A stretch of 64,000 nucleotides of DNA. It comes from Candidatus Poriferihabitaceae bacterium (lineage in GTDB: Bacteria > Pseudomonadota > Gammaproteobacteria > Arenicellales > Poriferihabitantaceae). Under the pieces are notes generated by a model. That model did no database searches and had not been told where the DNA came from. It saw only the letters and a program-made list of their open reading frames with translations. The stretch covers positions 2,437,894 through 2,501,893 of the forward strand of contig OZ253546.1 in NCBI GenBank assembly GCA_965262585.1. The letters are read 5' to 3'. Below, piece after piece: positions 17,234 through 26,677 of the stretch (positions are counted from its first letter, which is position 1; each line of letters starts with the position of its first letter). The translations under genes and the position numbers were made by a program.

Positions 17234-17982
17234 TGAAGAACATTCTGGTTGCGGTGGTTATTGCGCTGGTTATTACGCCGACTATGGCGACCGCCGCCGA
17301 GACCGAGAAAATGGAGATGGCACCTTTCAAGTCTTCGCTGAAGGACATGCCGTCTTTGCAGCGTGGTGCGCGGCTATTCGTCAATTATTGCCTGTCTTGC
17401 CATAGCGCGAAATTCATGCGCTACAACCGCATGGCCAAGGACTTGGAAATACCGCCCGAACTGGTGGTGCGTAATATGATGTTTGTCGGCGAGAAAATCG
17501 GCGACCCAATGGAAACCACCATGCCAAAAGAAGCCTCCGAAGAATGGTTTGGCGTCACTCCGCCGGATCTGTCGTTAATCGGCAGGTTGCGCGGCGAAGA
17601 ATGGTTGTATAATTATTTCCGAACCTTCTATCTGGACGAAAACTCTCCCAGCGGCTGGAACAATATAGTGTTTGAGAACGTCGCCATGCCCCACGCCATG
17701 CACGAATTGCAGGGGCTGCAGCGCGCCGTGTTCAAGGTCGAAACCGACCCCGACGGCAACTCGCGTGAAGTGTTGGATTACTTCGAAAAAACCACCGCCG
17801 GAAAAATGACCGTGAATGAATACGACCAAGCGGTGCGCGACCTCACCAACTTTCTGATGTACCTCGGCGAGCCGGCGAAGATGGTGCGCATCCAATACGG
17901 CATCTGGGTGATGCTGTTTCTGGGGATTTTCGTGGTGCTCGCCCGCGCCCTCAAAAAAGAATACTGGCGAGACATTAAATAA
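17233..17982 (+). CDS. petC: Cytochrome c1
   Basis: 249 aa with a signal peptide, the heme motif CLSCHS and a C-terminal transmembrane anchor. Confidence 0.9.
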   Translation: MKNILVAVVIALVITPTMATAAETEKMEMAPFKSSLKDMPSLQRGARLFVNYCLSCHSAKFMRYNRMAKDLEIPPELVVRNMMFVGEKIGDPMETTMPKEASEEWFGVTPPDLSLIGRLRGEEWLYNYFRTFYLDENSPSGWNNIVFENVAMPHAMHELQGLQRAVFKVETDPDGNSREVLDYFEKTTAGKMTVNEYDQAVRDLTNFLMYLGEPAKMVRIQYGIWVMLFLGIFVVLARALKKEYWRDIK

Positions 17983-17985
17983 CAC

Positions 17986-18047
17986 CAACCATCGACCGCA
18001 ATCATCGACCACAATCATCAGACCACAATCATCGACTACAACCATGG
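17986..18047 (+). repeat. Approximately 13-bp tandem repeat (CAATCATCGACCA-like, 4.5 copies) in the petC-sspA spacer
   Basis: Units lie at 17986-17998, 17999-18011, 18012-18025 and 18026-18038. A partial unit at 18039-18047 runs into the sspA ATG (18044). Confidence 0.8.
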
Positions 18048-18700
18048 CACTTCTCGAATCACCGAAACATAACGAAAACCTGTCAGCCGCTCGCCATCCG
18101 ACCATGACGCTGCTGTCGGGCCCGCTGTGCCTGTTCAGCCACTGCTGCCGCATCGTGCTGCTGGAGAAAGACGTCGAGCGCAACATCCAATATGTGTCGG
18201 AGAAAGACGACCCGGCATTGCTCGGCGAGTTCAATCCATATGGCGAGACGCCGACGCTGCTGGATCGGGATCTGGTGTTATACAGCAGCACGGTGATCAT
18301 CGAGTATCTCGATGAGCGTTTTCCCCATCCGCCGTTGATGCCGGTCGACCCCATCAACCGGGGCAAGACGCGGCTGATGATAGCGCGGTTGACCAGAGAC
18401 TGGCTGCTGCCCGTCAACGAACTCGGCGAAACCCTCAAGCCAAAGCCCTCCGCCGAACTCAAAAAGAGCATCCGAGACGGCCTGTTGTCGCTTTCTCCAC
18501 TGTTCACCCGCCATCCGTTTTTCTTGAGCACCGAATACTCCCTCGCCGATGCGTATATCGCCCCGTTGTTGTGGCGGTTGCCGGCGTTGGGGATTACCCT
18601 GCCCAAGCAGGCCGAGCCGTTGCTCGACTACGCCGAGCGGGTATTCAAACGCCCGGCTTTTAAGGACAGTCTGAGCGCACGGGAAGCGAAATTACGCTGA
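18044..18700 (+). CDS. sspA: Stringent starvation protein A (GST-like)
   Basis: MTLLSGPLCLFSHCCRIVLLEKDV ... IIEYLDERFPHPPLMP closely parallels E. coli SspA. Confidence 0.9.
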   Translation: MALLESPKHNENLSAARHPTMTLLSGPLCLFSHCCRIVLLEKDVERNIQYVSEKDDPALLGEFNPYGETPTLLDRDLVLYSSTVIIEYLDERFPHPPLMPVDPINRGKTRLMIARLTRDWLLPVNELGETLKPKPSAELKKSIRDGLLSLSPLFTRHPFFLSTEYSLADAYIAPLLWRLPALGITLPKQAEPLLDYAERVFKRPAFKDSLSAREAKLR

Positions 18701-18708
18701 GCACCGCC

Positions 18709-19116
18709 GTGACCGACCAATCCGAACCGGGCGAAGGTTCCACCAAGCCATATCTATTGCGCGCCATCTACGAATGGGCTATCGACCATCGGCTGACGCC
18801 TCAAATACTGGTGGACGCCGGTGTCGCCGGTGTGGTGGTGCCGATGAATTGCGTCAAAGACGGCCGCTTGGTGCTGACCATCCACCCGCAGTCGGTCGAA
18901 GACCTGCAAATGGGTAATGAATGGCTACAATTTTCGGCGCGCTTCTCCGGCAAGCCCTTTGCGGTCTGCGTTCCAGTGACGGCAGTCTCGGCGATTTATT
19001 GCCGGGAAAACGGTCGGGGAGTCGTTTTTCAGGGGTCGGACGGCGACCAAAAAGTCACCCCGGAAAAACCCACCCTGAAAAAACCCGCCGCCCCACATCT
19101 CAAACTGGTTAAATAA
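18709..19116 (+). CDS. sspB: Stringent starvation protein B (ClpXP adaptor)
   Basis: [25 protein letters not shown] is the SspB N-terminal signature. GTG start. The C-terminus LKLVK is a ClpX-binding-like tail. Confidence 0.9.
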   Translation: MTDQSEPGEGSTKPYLLRAIYEWAIDHRLTPQILVDAGVAGVVVPMNCVKDGRLVLTIHPQSVEDLQMGNEWLQFSARFSGKPFAVCVPVTAVSAIYCRENGRGVVFQGSDGDQKVTPEKPTLKKPAAPHLKLVK

Positions 19117-19655
19117 TGAAACAATTTAGAGGCACTACCATTTTATCCGTGCGCCACGGCAACCAAGTGGTCATCGGTGGCGACGGGCAGGTTTCCCTGG
19201 GCGATACGATGATGAAAGGAAACGCAAAGAAGGTTCGGCGGCTGCATAATGGCCGTGTGCTTGCCGGATTTGCCGGTGGCACGGCGGATGCGTTCACATT
19301 GTTTGAACGGTTTGAGGGTAAACTCGAAAAGCACCAAGGGCAACTGGTGCGCGCCGCCGTGGAAATGGCCAAGGACTGGCGCGCCGACCGAATGTTGCGG
19401 CGGCTCGAAGCGTTGCTGGCGGTTGCCGACCACGAAGCCTCGTTGATCATCTCCGGAAACGGCGATGTCATCGAACCGGAACACGGCGTTATGGCAATCG
19501 GTTCCGGCGGTAATTACGCCAAAGCCGCGGCCCTGGCATTGCTCGGAACCAATCAACTTTCGGCCAAAGAAATTGTCGAAAAAAGCATGGAAATCGCCGC
19601 ACAAATTTGCATTTACACCAACGACCAATTGACCATTGAACTCCTTGAATATTAA
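19116..19655 (+). CDS. hslV: ATP-dependent protease subunit HslV
   Basis: [23 protein letters not shown] matches the HslV N-terminus, including the catalytic Thr. Confidence 0.95.
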   Translation: MKQFRGTTILSVRHGNQVVIGGDGQVSLGDTMMKGNAKKVRRLHNGRVLAGFAGGTADAFTLFERFEGKLEKHQGQLVRAAVEMAKDWRADRMLRRLEALLAVADHEASLIISGNGDVIEPEHGVMAIGSGGNYAKAAALALLGTNQLSAKEIVEKSMEIAAQICIYTNDQLTIELLEY

Positions 19656-19694
19656 ACACGCCGGTGGCGAACTTAATGATTGTGGTGCCCGCTG

Positions 19695-21023
19695 ATGACT
19701 GAAATGACTCCCAGAGAAATTGTCGAAGAACTCGACAAACACATCATCGGCCAGCAAAACGCCAAGCGCGCGGTAGCCATCGCGTTGCGCAACCGCTGGC
19801 GTCGCAGTCAGGTGGAAGAATCTTTGCGGGTGGAAATCACGCCCAAAAATATCTTGATGATTGGCCCCACCGGAGTCGGCAAGACCGAAATTTCCCGGCG
19901 GCTGGCTAAACTCGCCAATGCGCCGTTCATCAAAGTCGAGGCCACCAAGTTCACCGAAGTCGGCTATGTCGGGCGCGAAGTGGATTCCATCATCCGCGAC
20001 CTCGCCGACATGGCGGTCAAGATGATGCGCGAGAACGCCATGGAAAAAGTCCGCGCCCGTGCCGAGGACGCCGCCGAAGAACAAGTGCTCGACATCCTGT
20101 TGCCACCGGCCAGAGACGCCGACAAGAGCAGCCGCAAAGGTGCCGCCCGCCAACGCTTCCGCAAGGAACTGCGCGAAGGCCGGCTGGATGATCAGGAAAT
20201 AGAAATCGATGTGGGTTCGTCCAACGTCGGCGTGGAAATATTTGCGCCGCCGGGCATGGAAGAAATGACCAGCCAATTACAAGGAATGTTTCAGAGCATG
20301 TCCGACCGCAAAACCCGCAGCCGCAAGGTCAGGATTTCCGATGCGCTCAAACTGCTCACCGAGGAAGAGGCGGCAAAACTAATCAACGACGAAGACATCA
20401 AGCACGCCGCGGTGGAGCGCGTGGAACAGCACGGCATCGTTTTCCTCGACGAGATCGACAAAATAGTCGGGGGACACCACGCCGACGGCCACGCCGGGCC
20501 GGATGTATCCCGCGAAGGCGTGCAGCGAGACCTCCTGCCGCTGGTGGAAGGCACCACCGTTTCCACCAAATACGGCGTCATCAAAACCGACCACATCCTG
20601 TTCATCGCTTCGGGAGCGTTCCAACTGAACAAACCATCCGACCTCATCCCCGAACTTCAGGGGCGGCTTCCCATTCGCGTAGAATTGACCGCCCTGACCT
20701 CGGACGATTTTGTGCGCATCCTCACCGAACCAAACGCCTCGCTGACCGAACAATACCAAGCACTCATGGCCACCGAAGGCGTGCACCTTTCGTTCACCAA
20801 ATCGGGCGTCAAGCGCATCGCCGAAGCGGCGTGGCGAGTCAACGAGCAGACCGAAAACATCGGCGCGCGCCGGTTGCATACCGTGATGGAGCGGCTGTTG
20901 GAAGAGATTTCTTTCGTAGCCGCCGACCAGTCCGGGGAGAAAGCGGTGATTGACGAGAAATATGTGGATGAGTCGCTCCGTGACTTGGTGGAAGATCAGG
21001 ACTTGTCGCGCTACATCTTGTAG
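19695..21023 (+). CDS. hslU: ATP-dependent protease ATPase subunit HslU
   Basis: [37 protein letters not shown] is nearly identical in pattern to E. coli HslU. Walker A is [10 protein letters not shown]. The track start at 19680 is a TTG extension. Confidence 0.95.
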   Translation: MTEMTPREIVEELDKHIIGQQNAKRAVAIALRNRWRRSQVEESLRVEITPKNILMIGPTGVGKTEISRRLAKLANAPFIKVEATKFTEVGYVGREVDSIIRDLADMAVKMMRENAMEKVRARAEDAAEEQVLDILLPPARDADKSSRKGAARQRFRKELREGRLDDQEIEIDVGSSNVGVEIFAPPGMEEMTSQLQGMFQSMSDRKTRSRKVRISDALKLLTEEEAAKLINDEDIKHAAVERVEQHGIVFLDEIDKIVGGHHADGHAGPDVSREGVQRDLLPLVEGTTVSTKYGVIKTDHILFIASGAFQLNKPSDLIPELQGRLPIRVELTALTSDDFVRILTEPNASLTEQYQALMATEGVHLSFTKSGVKRIAEAAWRVNEQTENIGARRLHTVMERLLEEISFVAADQSGEKAVIDEKYVDESLRDLVEDQDLSRYIL

Positions 21024-21042
21024 CCTCGCGCTTGCACACTTA

Positions 21043-21768
21043 ATGGACGCGATAATCGGCGTAGTGCGGTTGTTGCTGGTGATGCTGACCATCGCCGCCG
21101 GCGCGGTGATTTGTGGGTTAGTCGGAGTGCTGGGACGCGGTGGGTTCGAGCGGCTGGCGATGGGCTGGCATCGGGCCATTTTATATTTCCTCGGAGTACG
21201 CACCCGCTATACCGGTGCCGACCTCGTCCCCGGCGCTTTGCTACTCAGCAATCACATCACCTGGCTCGACTGCATGCTGTTCGGCGCAAGATGGCCGGTG
21301 ACTTTTCTCGGCACCGACGAAATCGCAAGATGGCCGGTGCTCGGTTGGATAATCCGAAGATCCGGCACGCTATTCATCGAGCGCGGGCGCGGCGCGAAAA
21401 AAGCACTTGATGAAATCGGCGGAGTATTGCAACAAGGCCGCAACGTAATCCTGTTTCCCGAAGGCAAAACCACCGACGGCAGATCGGTAATCCGCTTCCA
21501 GCCCCGACTGATACAAGCCGCCATCGACGCCCGCGCGCCGATTCAACCGGCGGCGATACGCTATTTCGATGACACCGGCGCACGGGTGGTGCGACATTCC
21601 TTCGCCGGCGACACCACGCTCTTGCAGAGCGCATGGAAAACCGTATACGGCCCCCGAATTACCGCCGAAGTCACCCTGTTCGCGCCGCTGGAATTAGATG
21701 ATCAAAGGCAGGAATTGGCTGAACGGGCGGCGGGGTTAGTGCGTGAGTGGGTGGAATCTAGGGGATAA
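21043..21768 (+). CDS. PlsC-family lysophospholipid (1-acyl-sn-glycerol-3-phosphate) acyltransferase
   Basis: The start is trimmed to the ATG at 21043 (MDAIIGVV), just after the hslU stop. The HX4D motif NHITWLD and FPEGKTTDG are present. Confidence 0.8.
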   Translation: MDAIIGVVRLLLVMLTIAAGAVICGLVGVLGRGGFERLAMGWHRAILYFLGVRTRYTGADLVPGALLLSNHITWLDCMLFGARWPVTFLGTDEIARWPVLGWIIRRSGTLFIERGRGAKKALDEIGGVLQQGRNVILFPEGKTTDGRSVIRFQPRLIQAAIDARAPIQPAAIRYFDDTGARVVRHSFAGDTTLLQSAWKTVYGPRITAEVTLFAPLELDDQRQELAERAAGLVREWVESRG

Positions 21769-21794
21769 TGAGCAAATCCGCCGATATTGAAACG

Positions 21795-21822
21795 GGAACT
21801 TCGAATAGTATTAGCACTCTAA
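21795..21822 (+). promoter_or_regulatory. Candidate sigma-E (RpoE)-dependent promoter of rpoH
   Basis: GGAACTT (21795-21801), then a 16-nt spacer, then TCTAA (21818-21822). This matches the E. coli sigma-E consensus (GGAACTT-N16-TCnaA), as at E. coli rpoH P3. It lies 54 nt upstream of the rpoH ATG. Confidence 0.5.
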
Positions 21823-21875
21823 TCTATCGAGTGCTAAAATATCATTTCACCTGAAAGCGAGGAAGTTACTCAACA

Positions 21876-22730
21876 ATGACCCGGCAAGCACCTATCGCCA
21901 TTACGCTATCTCCCGGCGAGAATCTTGGTTCCTATATGCGGGCGGTCAACGCCGCGCCGATTTTGTCGCAGAAACGGGAACGTGAACTCGCCCTTCGGTA
22001 TCGCAACGACAACGACCTTGACGCCGCCCGGGAACTAGTCGTATCCCACCTGCGCTATGTGGTCAAGGTGGCGCGTGGATTTATGGGCTACGGCTTGCCG
22101 CTCCCCGACCTTATTCAGGAAGGCAGCGTCGGCCTGATGAAAGCGGTTAAACGCTACGACCCGAACCGCGATGTGCGGCTGGTGTCTTTTGCCGTTCACT
22201 GGATCAAGGCGGAGATTTACGATTATGTCCTGCGCAACTGGCGCATGGTCAAAGTCGCCACCACCAAAGCGCAGCGCAAACTATTCTTCAACCTGCGCAA
22301 ATCCCGCGCCCGGCTTGGCTGGATGAAAGACGACGAAGTCAGCAAACTCGCCGAGAAATTGGAAGTCGACGAAGCCACCGTACGCCAAATGGAATCACGC
22401 CTGAGCGGCGGCGATATCGCCTTCGACGCCCGCACCGATCAGGATGACGATGAAGCATACCTAGCCCCCGCCCAACATCTCGGCGACAGCCGCTACGACC
22501 CGGCAGTGGTGGTGGACAAATCAGAACAAGCAAGCGAATCCCGCCGGCAACTGGTGGCGGCACTCTCCCAACTAGACAAACGAAGCCGAGACATCGTCTC
22601 CCGACGCTGGCTGAGCGACGACAAACCAACCCTGCACACCCTGGCCGACGAATACGGCATATCCGCCGAAAGAATCCGCCAAATAGAAAAACGCGCCATG
22701 GAAAAAATGAAAGTCGGGATTAGTTTATAA
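21876..22730 (+). CDS. rpoH: RNA polymerase sigma-32 (heat-shock sigma factor)
   Basis: 284 aa. The RpoH box QRKLFFNLRK is present, with regions 2 and 4 conserved. Confidence 0.95.
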   Translation: MTRQAPIAITLSPGENLGSYMRAVNAAPILSQKRERELALRYRNDNDLDAARELVVSHLRYVVKVARGFMGYGLPLPDLIQEGSVGLMKAVKRYDPNRDVRLVSFAVHWIKAEIYDYVLRNWRMVKVATTKAQRKLFFNLRKSRARLGWMKDDEVSKLAEKLEVDEATVRQMESRLSGGDIAFDARTDQDDDEAYLAPAQHLGDSRYDPAVVVDKSEQASESRRQLVAALSQLDKRSRDIVSRRWLSDDKPTLHTLADEYGISAERIRQIEKRAMEKMKVGISL

Positions 22731-22850
22731 GCGGGTAGTTGCTCCCTTTCCCTTTGGGAGAGGGTTGGCGAATTTGGTGGTGGTGTGGTAGGGTTTGGGG
22801 ATTACAAATGAAGGCTACAATCATCCATCCACCGAAGGAGCAGTGACACT

Positions 22851-24083
22851 ATGAAAATCCCTACCGCAGTTACCGGTTGCCTGCTCGGCGCCGCTTTGTT
22901 GTTTTCCCCGATTGTCTACGGCGCCGAGTGCGAAGAAATCACTCTGGGGTCGGCCATATCGCTGACCGGAAAATACGCCACCAACGGAATCCATGCACAA
23001 AATGGCTATGAATACGCCGTCACCAAAATCAAGGAAGCCGGTGGCATTCAAGTCGGCGATCGTTGTTATAACTTCAATGTGGTGTATTACGACGATGAGT
23101 CCAAGGGCGATCGTGGCGCCACGCTGGCCGAGCGTCTGATTAATCAGGACAAAATCCAGTACATTCTGGGTCCTTATTCATCGGGGCTGACCAAGGCCAT
23201 CGCACCGGTTACCGAAAAGTATCGGATTCCCATGGTGGAGGCCGAAGGCGCGTCCCGTTCGTTGTTCAACAAGGGATACAAATACCTGTTCGCTGTGCTC
23301 TCCACTTCGGAGCAATACCTCGCCTCCGCCATCGCGCTGGCGGCGGAGAAAGCCATCGAAACCGGCAAGGATCCATCTTCGGTGACGGTCGCGGTGGCGG
23401 TGGAGAATGATCCGTTTTCGCTGGACATCCGCGCCGGGGTTCTGGAGGACGCGAAAAAATACAATATGAAGGTGGTGGTGGATGAACAACTACCACGGGA
23501 TTTGTCGGACATGAGTGCCATTCTCACCAAGATCAAGGTGCGCAAGCCCGATGTGCTGATTGTCAGCGGCCATTCCAAGGGCGCGGCTACGGCGGTTCGT
23601 CAGATTGGCGAGCAGCGAATTAATGTGCCGATGATCGCGCTAACCCACTGCGAGGCCGCCGATGTGGTCGGAAAATTCGGCGCCACCGCCAATGACATTT
23701 TGTGCGCAACCCAGTGGGCGGAAACTTTGTCCTACGAAGATGAAATTTTCGGCACTGCGGCGGAATACGAACGCGGTTTCAAAGCCGCATACCCGGACTA
23801 CAAAGACCGTTCGGTTCCCTACCAAACCGCTCAGGCGTCCGCCGCGGTGTATGTATTCAAGGATGCTTTCGAGCGCGCCGGTTCCCTCGACAAAGAAGCC
23901 ATTCGAGATGCGTTGGCGGCTACGGATTTGTCGACTTTTTATGGCCAGATCCGGTTCTCCGAAGCGGGTAACAACATTGCCAAGCCGATGGTGTTGCGGC
24001 AGATTCAAGATGGCAAATTCAATGTGGTGGCGCCTTCGAAATTTGCCTCGCATCCCCTTAACTGGCCGCGCAAACCGCAATAG
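22851..24083 (+). CDS. ABC transporter periplasmic substrate-binding protein (LivK/Peripla_BP_6 type)
   Basis: 410 aa with a signal peptide (LLGAALLFSPIVYGA). The type I periplasmic binding fold pattern is present, and LIV-type permease/ATPase genes follow. Confidence 0.85.
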   Translation: MKIPTAVTGCLLGAALLFSPIVYGAECEEITLGSAISLTGKYATNGIHAQNGYEYAVTKIKEAGGIQVGDRCYNFNVVYYDDESKGDRGATLAERLINQDKIQYILGPYSSGLTKAIAPVTEKYRIPMVEAEGASRSLFNKGYKYLFAVLSTSEQYLASAIALAAEKAIETGKDPSSVTVAVAVENDPFSLDIRAGVLEDAKKYNMKVVVDEQLPRDLSDMSAILTKIKVRKPDVLIVSGHSKGAATAVRQIGEQRINVPMIALTHCEAADVVGKFGATANDILCATQWAETLSYEDEIFGTAAEYERGFKAAYPDYKDRSVPYQTAQASAAVYVFKDAFERAGSLDKEAIRDALAATDLSTFYGQIRFSEAGNNIAKPMVLRQIQDGKFNVVAPSKFASHPLNWPRKPQ

Positions 24084-24112
24084 GTGCGGCGGTAAAATAC
24101 AGTAATCATCGA

Positions 24113-24150
24113 AAGCCGCCACGCAACGGTCAAGTGCGCGGCGGCTTTTT
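24113..24150 (+). terminator. Rho-independent terminator after the substrate-binding protein gene
   Basis: AAGCCGCCACGC (24113-24124) pairs with GCGCGGCGGCTT (24136-24147): 11 of 12 bp with an 11-nt loop. The T-run ends at 24150. Confidence 0.55.
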
Positions 24151-24185
24151 AGTATTTACTATAATCCAATCTTGCAGGATACAGG

Positions 24186-24572
24186 ATGGATGACAAACGC
24201 ACGCAACGCATGCTCAACACGGTTGGCAAGAAAACTTTTGTTGATTGTTTTGAGGCGCGACAAAATCAGCATGCTGATTTAAGCAAAAAAGAAATCCGTA
24301 AATTGTGCCAGCCAGATTCAATGGATTGGGAAGAAAGGTCGTTGGCGACAAAAGCAAGTTCATTCAACAATATATTTCGGGAAAAGCGACACTGCTATGC
24401 GTTGAAAATATGTTGCGATGCAAAACGTATAAGCAATGTAACTCGGATAAAAGCACAATCGCTTTGTGCCAAGTACTGCGCCGATGACAAACCGGAAGGC
24501 AACTTACCAAATAAGGACAAAACTCCACGCTATTTAATTGAAATAACCATTGCGGTCTTTGAGAACAAATGA
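24186..24572 (+). CDS. Hypothetical protein (128 aa) in an AT-rich insert inside the LIV-type transporter operon
   Basis: An ORF in visibly AT-rich DNA that contrasts with the flanking genes. I recognise no motif beyond a Lys/Cys-rich basic character. Confidence 0.4.
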   Translation: MDDKRTQRMLNTVGKKTFVDCFEARQNQHADLSKKEIRKLCQPDSMDWEERSLATKASSFNNIFREKRHCYALKICCDAKRISNVTRIKAQSLCAKYCADDKPEGNLPNKDKTPRYLIEITIAVFENK

Positions 24573-24685
24573 AAAATGCGCTGAAAGTTTTTGTCATTAT
24601 TTCTGTGATGTTTTTGTCAACTGGTATCAGTGCACAAAAGTTTGAGGGATCAGAGTCATACGCCCCAACATTCCAAGTTCCATAA
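24569..24685 (+). CDS. Putative small secreted peptide (38 aa), start overlapping the preceding stop (ATGA)
   Basis: Hand translation gives MKNALKVFVIISVMFLSTGISAQKFEGSESYAPTFQVP. It has a typical Sec signal (n-region K, h-region, ISA-Q cleavage-like site) and a 16-aa mature part. It is below the ORF-track size cut-off. Confidence 0.3.
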   Translation: MKNALKVFVIISVMFLSTGISAQKFEGSESYAPTFQVP

Positions 24686-24718
24686 TAATAAAAAAATACG
24701 ACCACCCAACTAAATCCA

Positions 24719-25630
24719 ATGGAACAAATCCTCGACAATTTATCTCTGCTGGTGGAGTTTCCGGTGATCAATATCAAGATCATCGTCGACGGGTTGATGA
24801 TTGGTTCGTTGTTTGTGCTGACGGCTTATGGGTTGGCGTTGGTGTGGGGGGTGATGAATGTCAAAAACCTCGCGCAGGGCGATTTCGTCATCGCCGGTGG
24901 CTACATCGCCTGGGCCCTCGCCGGTACCGGGCTGCCGCCGTTGCTTGGAGTGCCGGCGGCTTTCGGGGTGATGTGGGCAATCGGCTGGGTAATCTATAAA
25001 GTGGTTATCTCGCGGGTCATCGAGCGTGATTTATTCACCTCGCTACTCGCCACTTTCGGACTGGCAATCATGATTGCGCAGATTCTCAACTTGCTGTTCG
25101 GTTCCGATACCCAGAGCATTAAACTCGAATACGAAACGCTGTATTTTTTCGACGAATTCGTGGATGTGCCCATCGCCAAATTGATTGGCGTGTTACTCGC
25201 CGCAACGCTCGCCACCGGGGTTATCATCTTTATGAAATCGAGCCGCATGGGGCAAGCCATCCGCGCCACCGCCCAGGATGCGCGCGCGGCACGGGTGCTG
25301 GGTATCGACACCGAAAAAGTATATGCCTTCACCTTTTCCTTGAACGCCGCCATCTGCGGCGCCGCCGGTGCCATCATCGTCATGGTGTGGCTGATCCAGC
25401 CGTTCTACGGTATCTCCTATTCCATCCGCGCCTTCGTGGTGGTCACCGCCGCCGGCCTCGGCAACCTACCCGGTGTCATCGCCGCCGGTCTCGGCATCGG
25501 CGCCTTCGAACAATACGGCGCGCACATCTTCGGCATCGGCTACCAGCAGGCGGTGGCGGTGTTGCTGTTGTTGATAGTGCTGCTGGCGCGGCTGATTCAA
25601 CAACGCCGTGTGCGCCAGAGTTTGCAATAA
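24719..25630 (+). CDS. Branched-chain amino acid-type ABC transporter permease (LivH-like)
   Basis: 303-aa polytopic membrane protein with the LivH-family pattern. Confidence 0.9.
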   Translation: MEQILDNLSLLVEFPVINIKIIVDGLMIGSLFVLTAYGLALVWGVMNVKNLAQGDFVIAGGYIAWALAGTGLPPLLGVPAAFGVMWAIGWVIYKVVISRVIERDLFTSLLATFGLAIMIAQILNLLFGSDTQSIKLEYETLYFFDEFVDVPIAKLIGVLLAATLATGVIIFMKSSRMGQAIRATAQDARAARVLGIDTEKVYAFTFSLNAAICGAAGAIIVMVWLIQPFYGISYSIRAFVVVTAAGLGNLPGVIAAGLGIGAFEQYGAHIFGIGYQQAVAVLLLLIVLLARLIQQRRVRQSLQ

Positions 25631-25633
25631 CCG

Positions 25634-26677
25634 ATGACTGCAAGGCACACCATTTTCCATGTCGTTATGCTGCTGCTGATTGTGGCGGCGCCGTTTTTGT
25701 TTCCGGGCTTTCGCACGCAACTGGCGACGCTGTGGCTGATGATCATCGTTGCGTTGAGTTGGGACATGACCGGCGGGCAGATGGGCTATAACTCCCTCGG
25801 CAACATTTTTTTCTACGGCACCGGAATGTATGTGGCCGCCATCATCACCATCGCTCTCGCCCACGATGTCGGCGACTACACCGGTTCATCCGGCGGCGGG
25901 GTGTATGAATTCACCGAAGCGCAATACTTCACCGGCTTGCTGTTGGGAATGCTCGGCGCGGGGATTTTCTGCGCCGCATGCGCGTTCGTTATCGGCTACA
26001 TCACCTTCGGATTGCGCGGGCCCTATTTCGCCATCGGCACCCTCGGTGTCGCCATCGCCGCCGGTGAACTGGTGTCCAACTGGGAGTGGGTCGGCGGCGG
26101 TCAGGGAATCGCCCTGCCGGTTTACCCCGGCGATCTGGACACCGGCAAGGTGGTGTTTTATTTCCTATTCGCCGCCACCGGCGTGGCTTTGTTCTTGTTC
26201 CTCAAATGGCTATACGGCACGCGCTTCGGCGCCGCCATCAACGCCGTGCGAGACGATGAAGAAAAAGCCGAGGCCATGGGCTTGCATACGCTACGCTACA
26301 AACTGCTCACCTGGGCCATGGCGGCGTTCTTCGTCGGCATCGCCGGTGCCATTTCGGCGTTCCAACTGATTCATTTTGAGCCGCTGGAAACCGCCTATCA
26401 GACCATCAACCTCGGCATCTTCATGGTGGTGTGCGTGCTGCTGGGCGGCAAAGGAACCTTGTGGGGGCCGGTCATCGGCGCAGTATTGTTTCATTTTTTC
26501 AAGGAAGTCACTTGGAACTACCTACTCGGCTGGCAATGGGTGGCGCTGGGTGCGCTCATCGTGGTTACCGTGGTGTATTTTCAAGATGGAGTTATGGGCT
26601 GGCTTATGCAACGCCGACCGGAGTGGTTTGGCATCCGCGTCGAAGGCCGGGAAGGCGCGGCGGAGCCTCCCCGATGA
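25634..26677 (+). CDS. Branched-chain amino acid-type ABC transporter permease (LivM-like)
   Basis: 347-aa polytopic membrane protein, adjacent to the LivH-like gene. Confidence 0.9.
   Translation: MTARHTIFHVVMLLLIVAAPFLFPGFRTQLATLWLMIIVALSWDMTGGQMGYNSLGNIFFYGTGMYVAAIITIALAHDVGDYTGSSGGGVYEFTEAQYFTGLLLGMLGAGIFCAACAFVIGYITFGLRGPYFAIGTLGVAIAAGELVSNWEWVGGGQGIALPVYPGDLDTGKVVFYFLFAATGVALFLFLKWLYGTRFGAAINAVRDDEEKAEAMGLHTLRYKLLTWAMAAFFVGIAGAISAFQLIHFEPLETAYQTINLGIFMVVCVLLGGKGTLWGPVIGAVLFHFFKEVTWNYLLGWQWVALGALIVVTVVYFQDGVMGWLMQRRPEWFGIRVEGREGAAEPPR

Noticed and set aside
17575-18606. Long antisense ORFs in GC-rich genes (for example 17575-18606, 19143-20276, 29598-30539, 32889-34001, 46112-47023, 58033-59214, 13993-14934, 37141-37809)
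   Set aside because: Each lies opposite a gene with an unambiguous conserved product. Their translations are low-complexity and Arg/Gly/His-rich, typical of shadow ORFs in GC-rich DNA.
19060-19115. Sigma-32 heat-shock promoter for hslVU inside the 3' end of sspB (CCCTGAAAAAACCCGCCGCCCCACATCT)
   Set aside because: The CCCCAC box resembles the sigma-32 -10, but the spacing to the TGAAA-like -35 is only about 10 bp against the expected 13-15.
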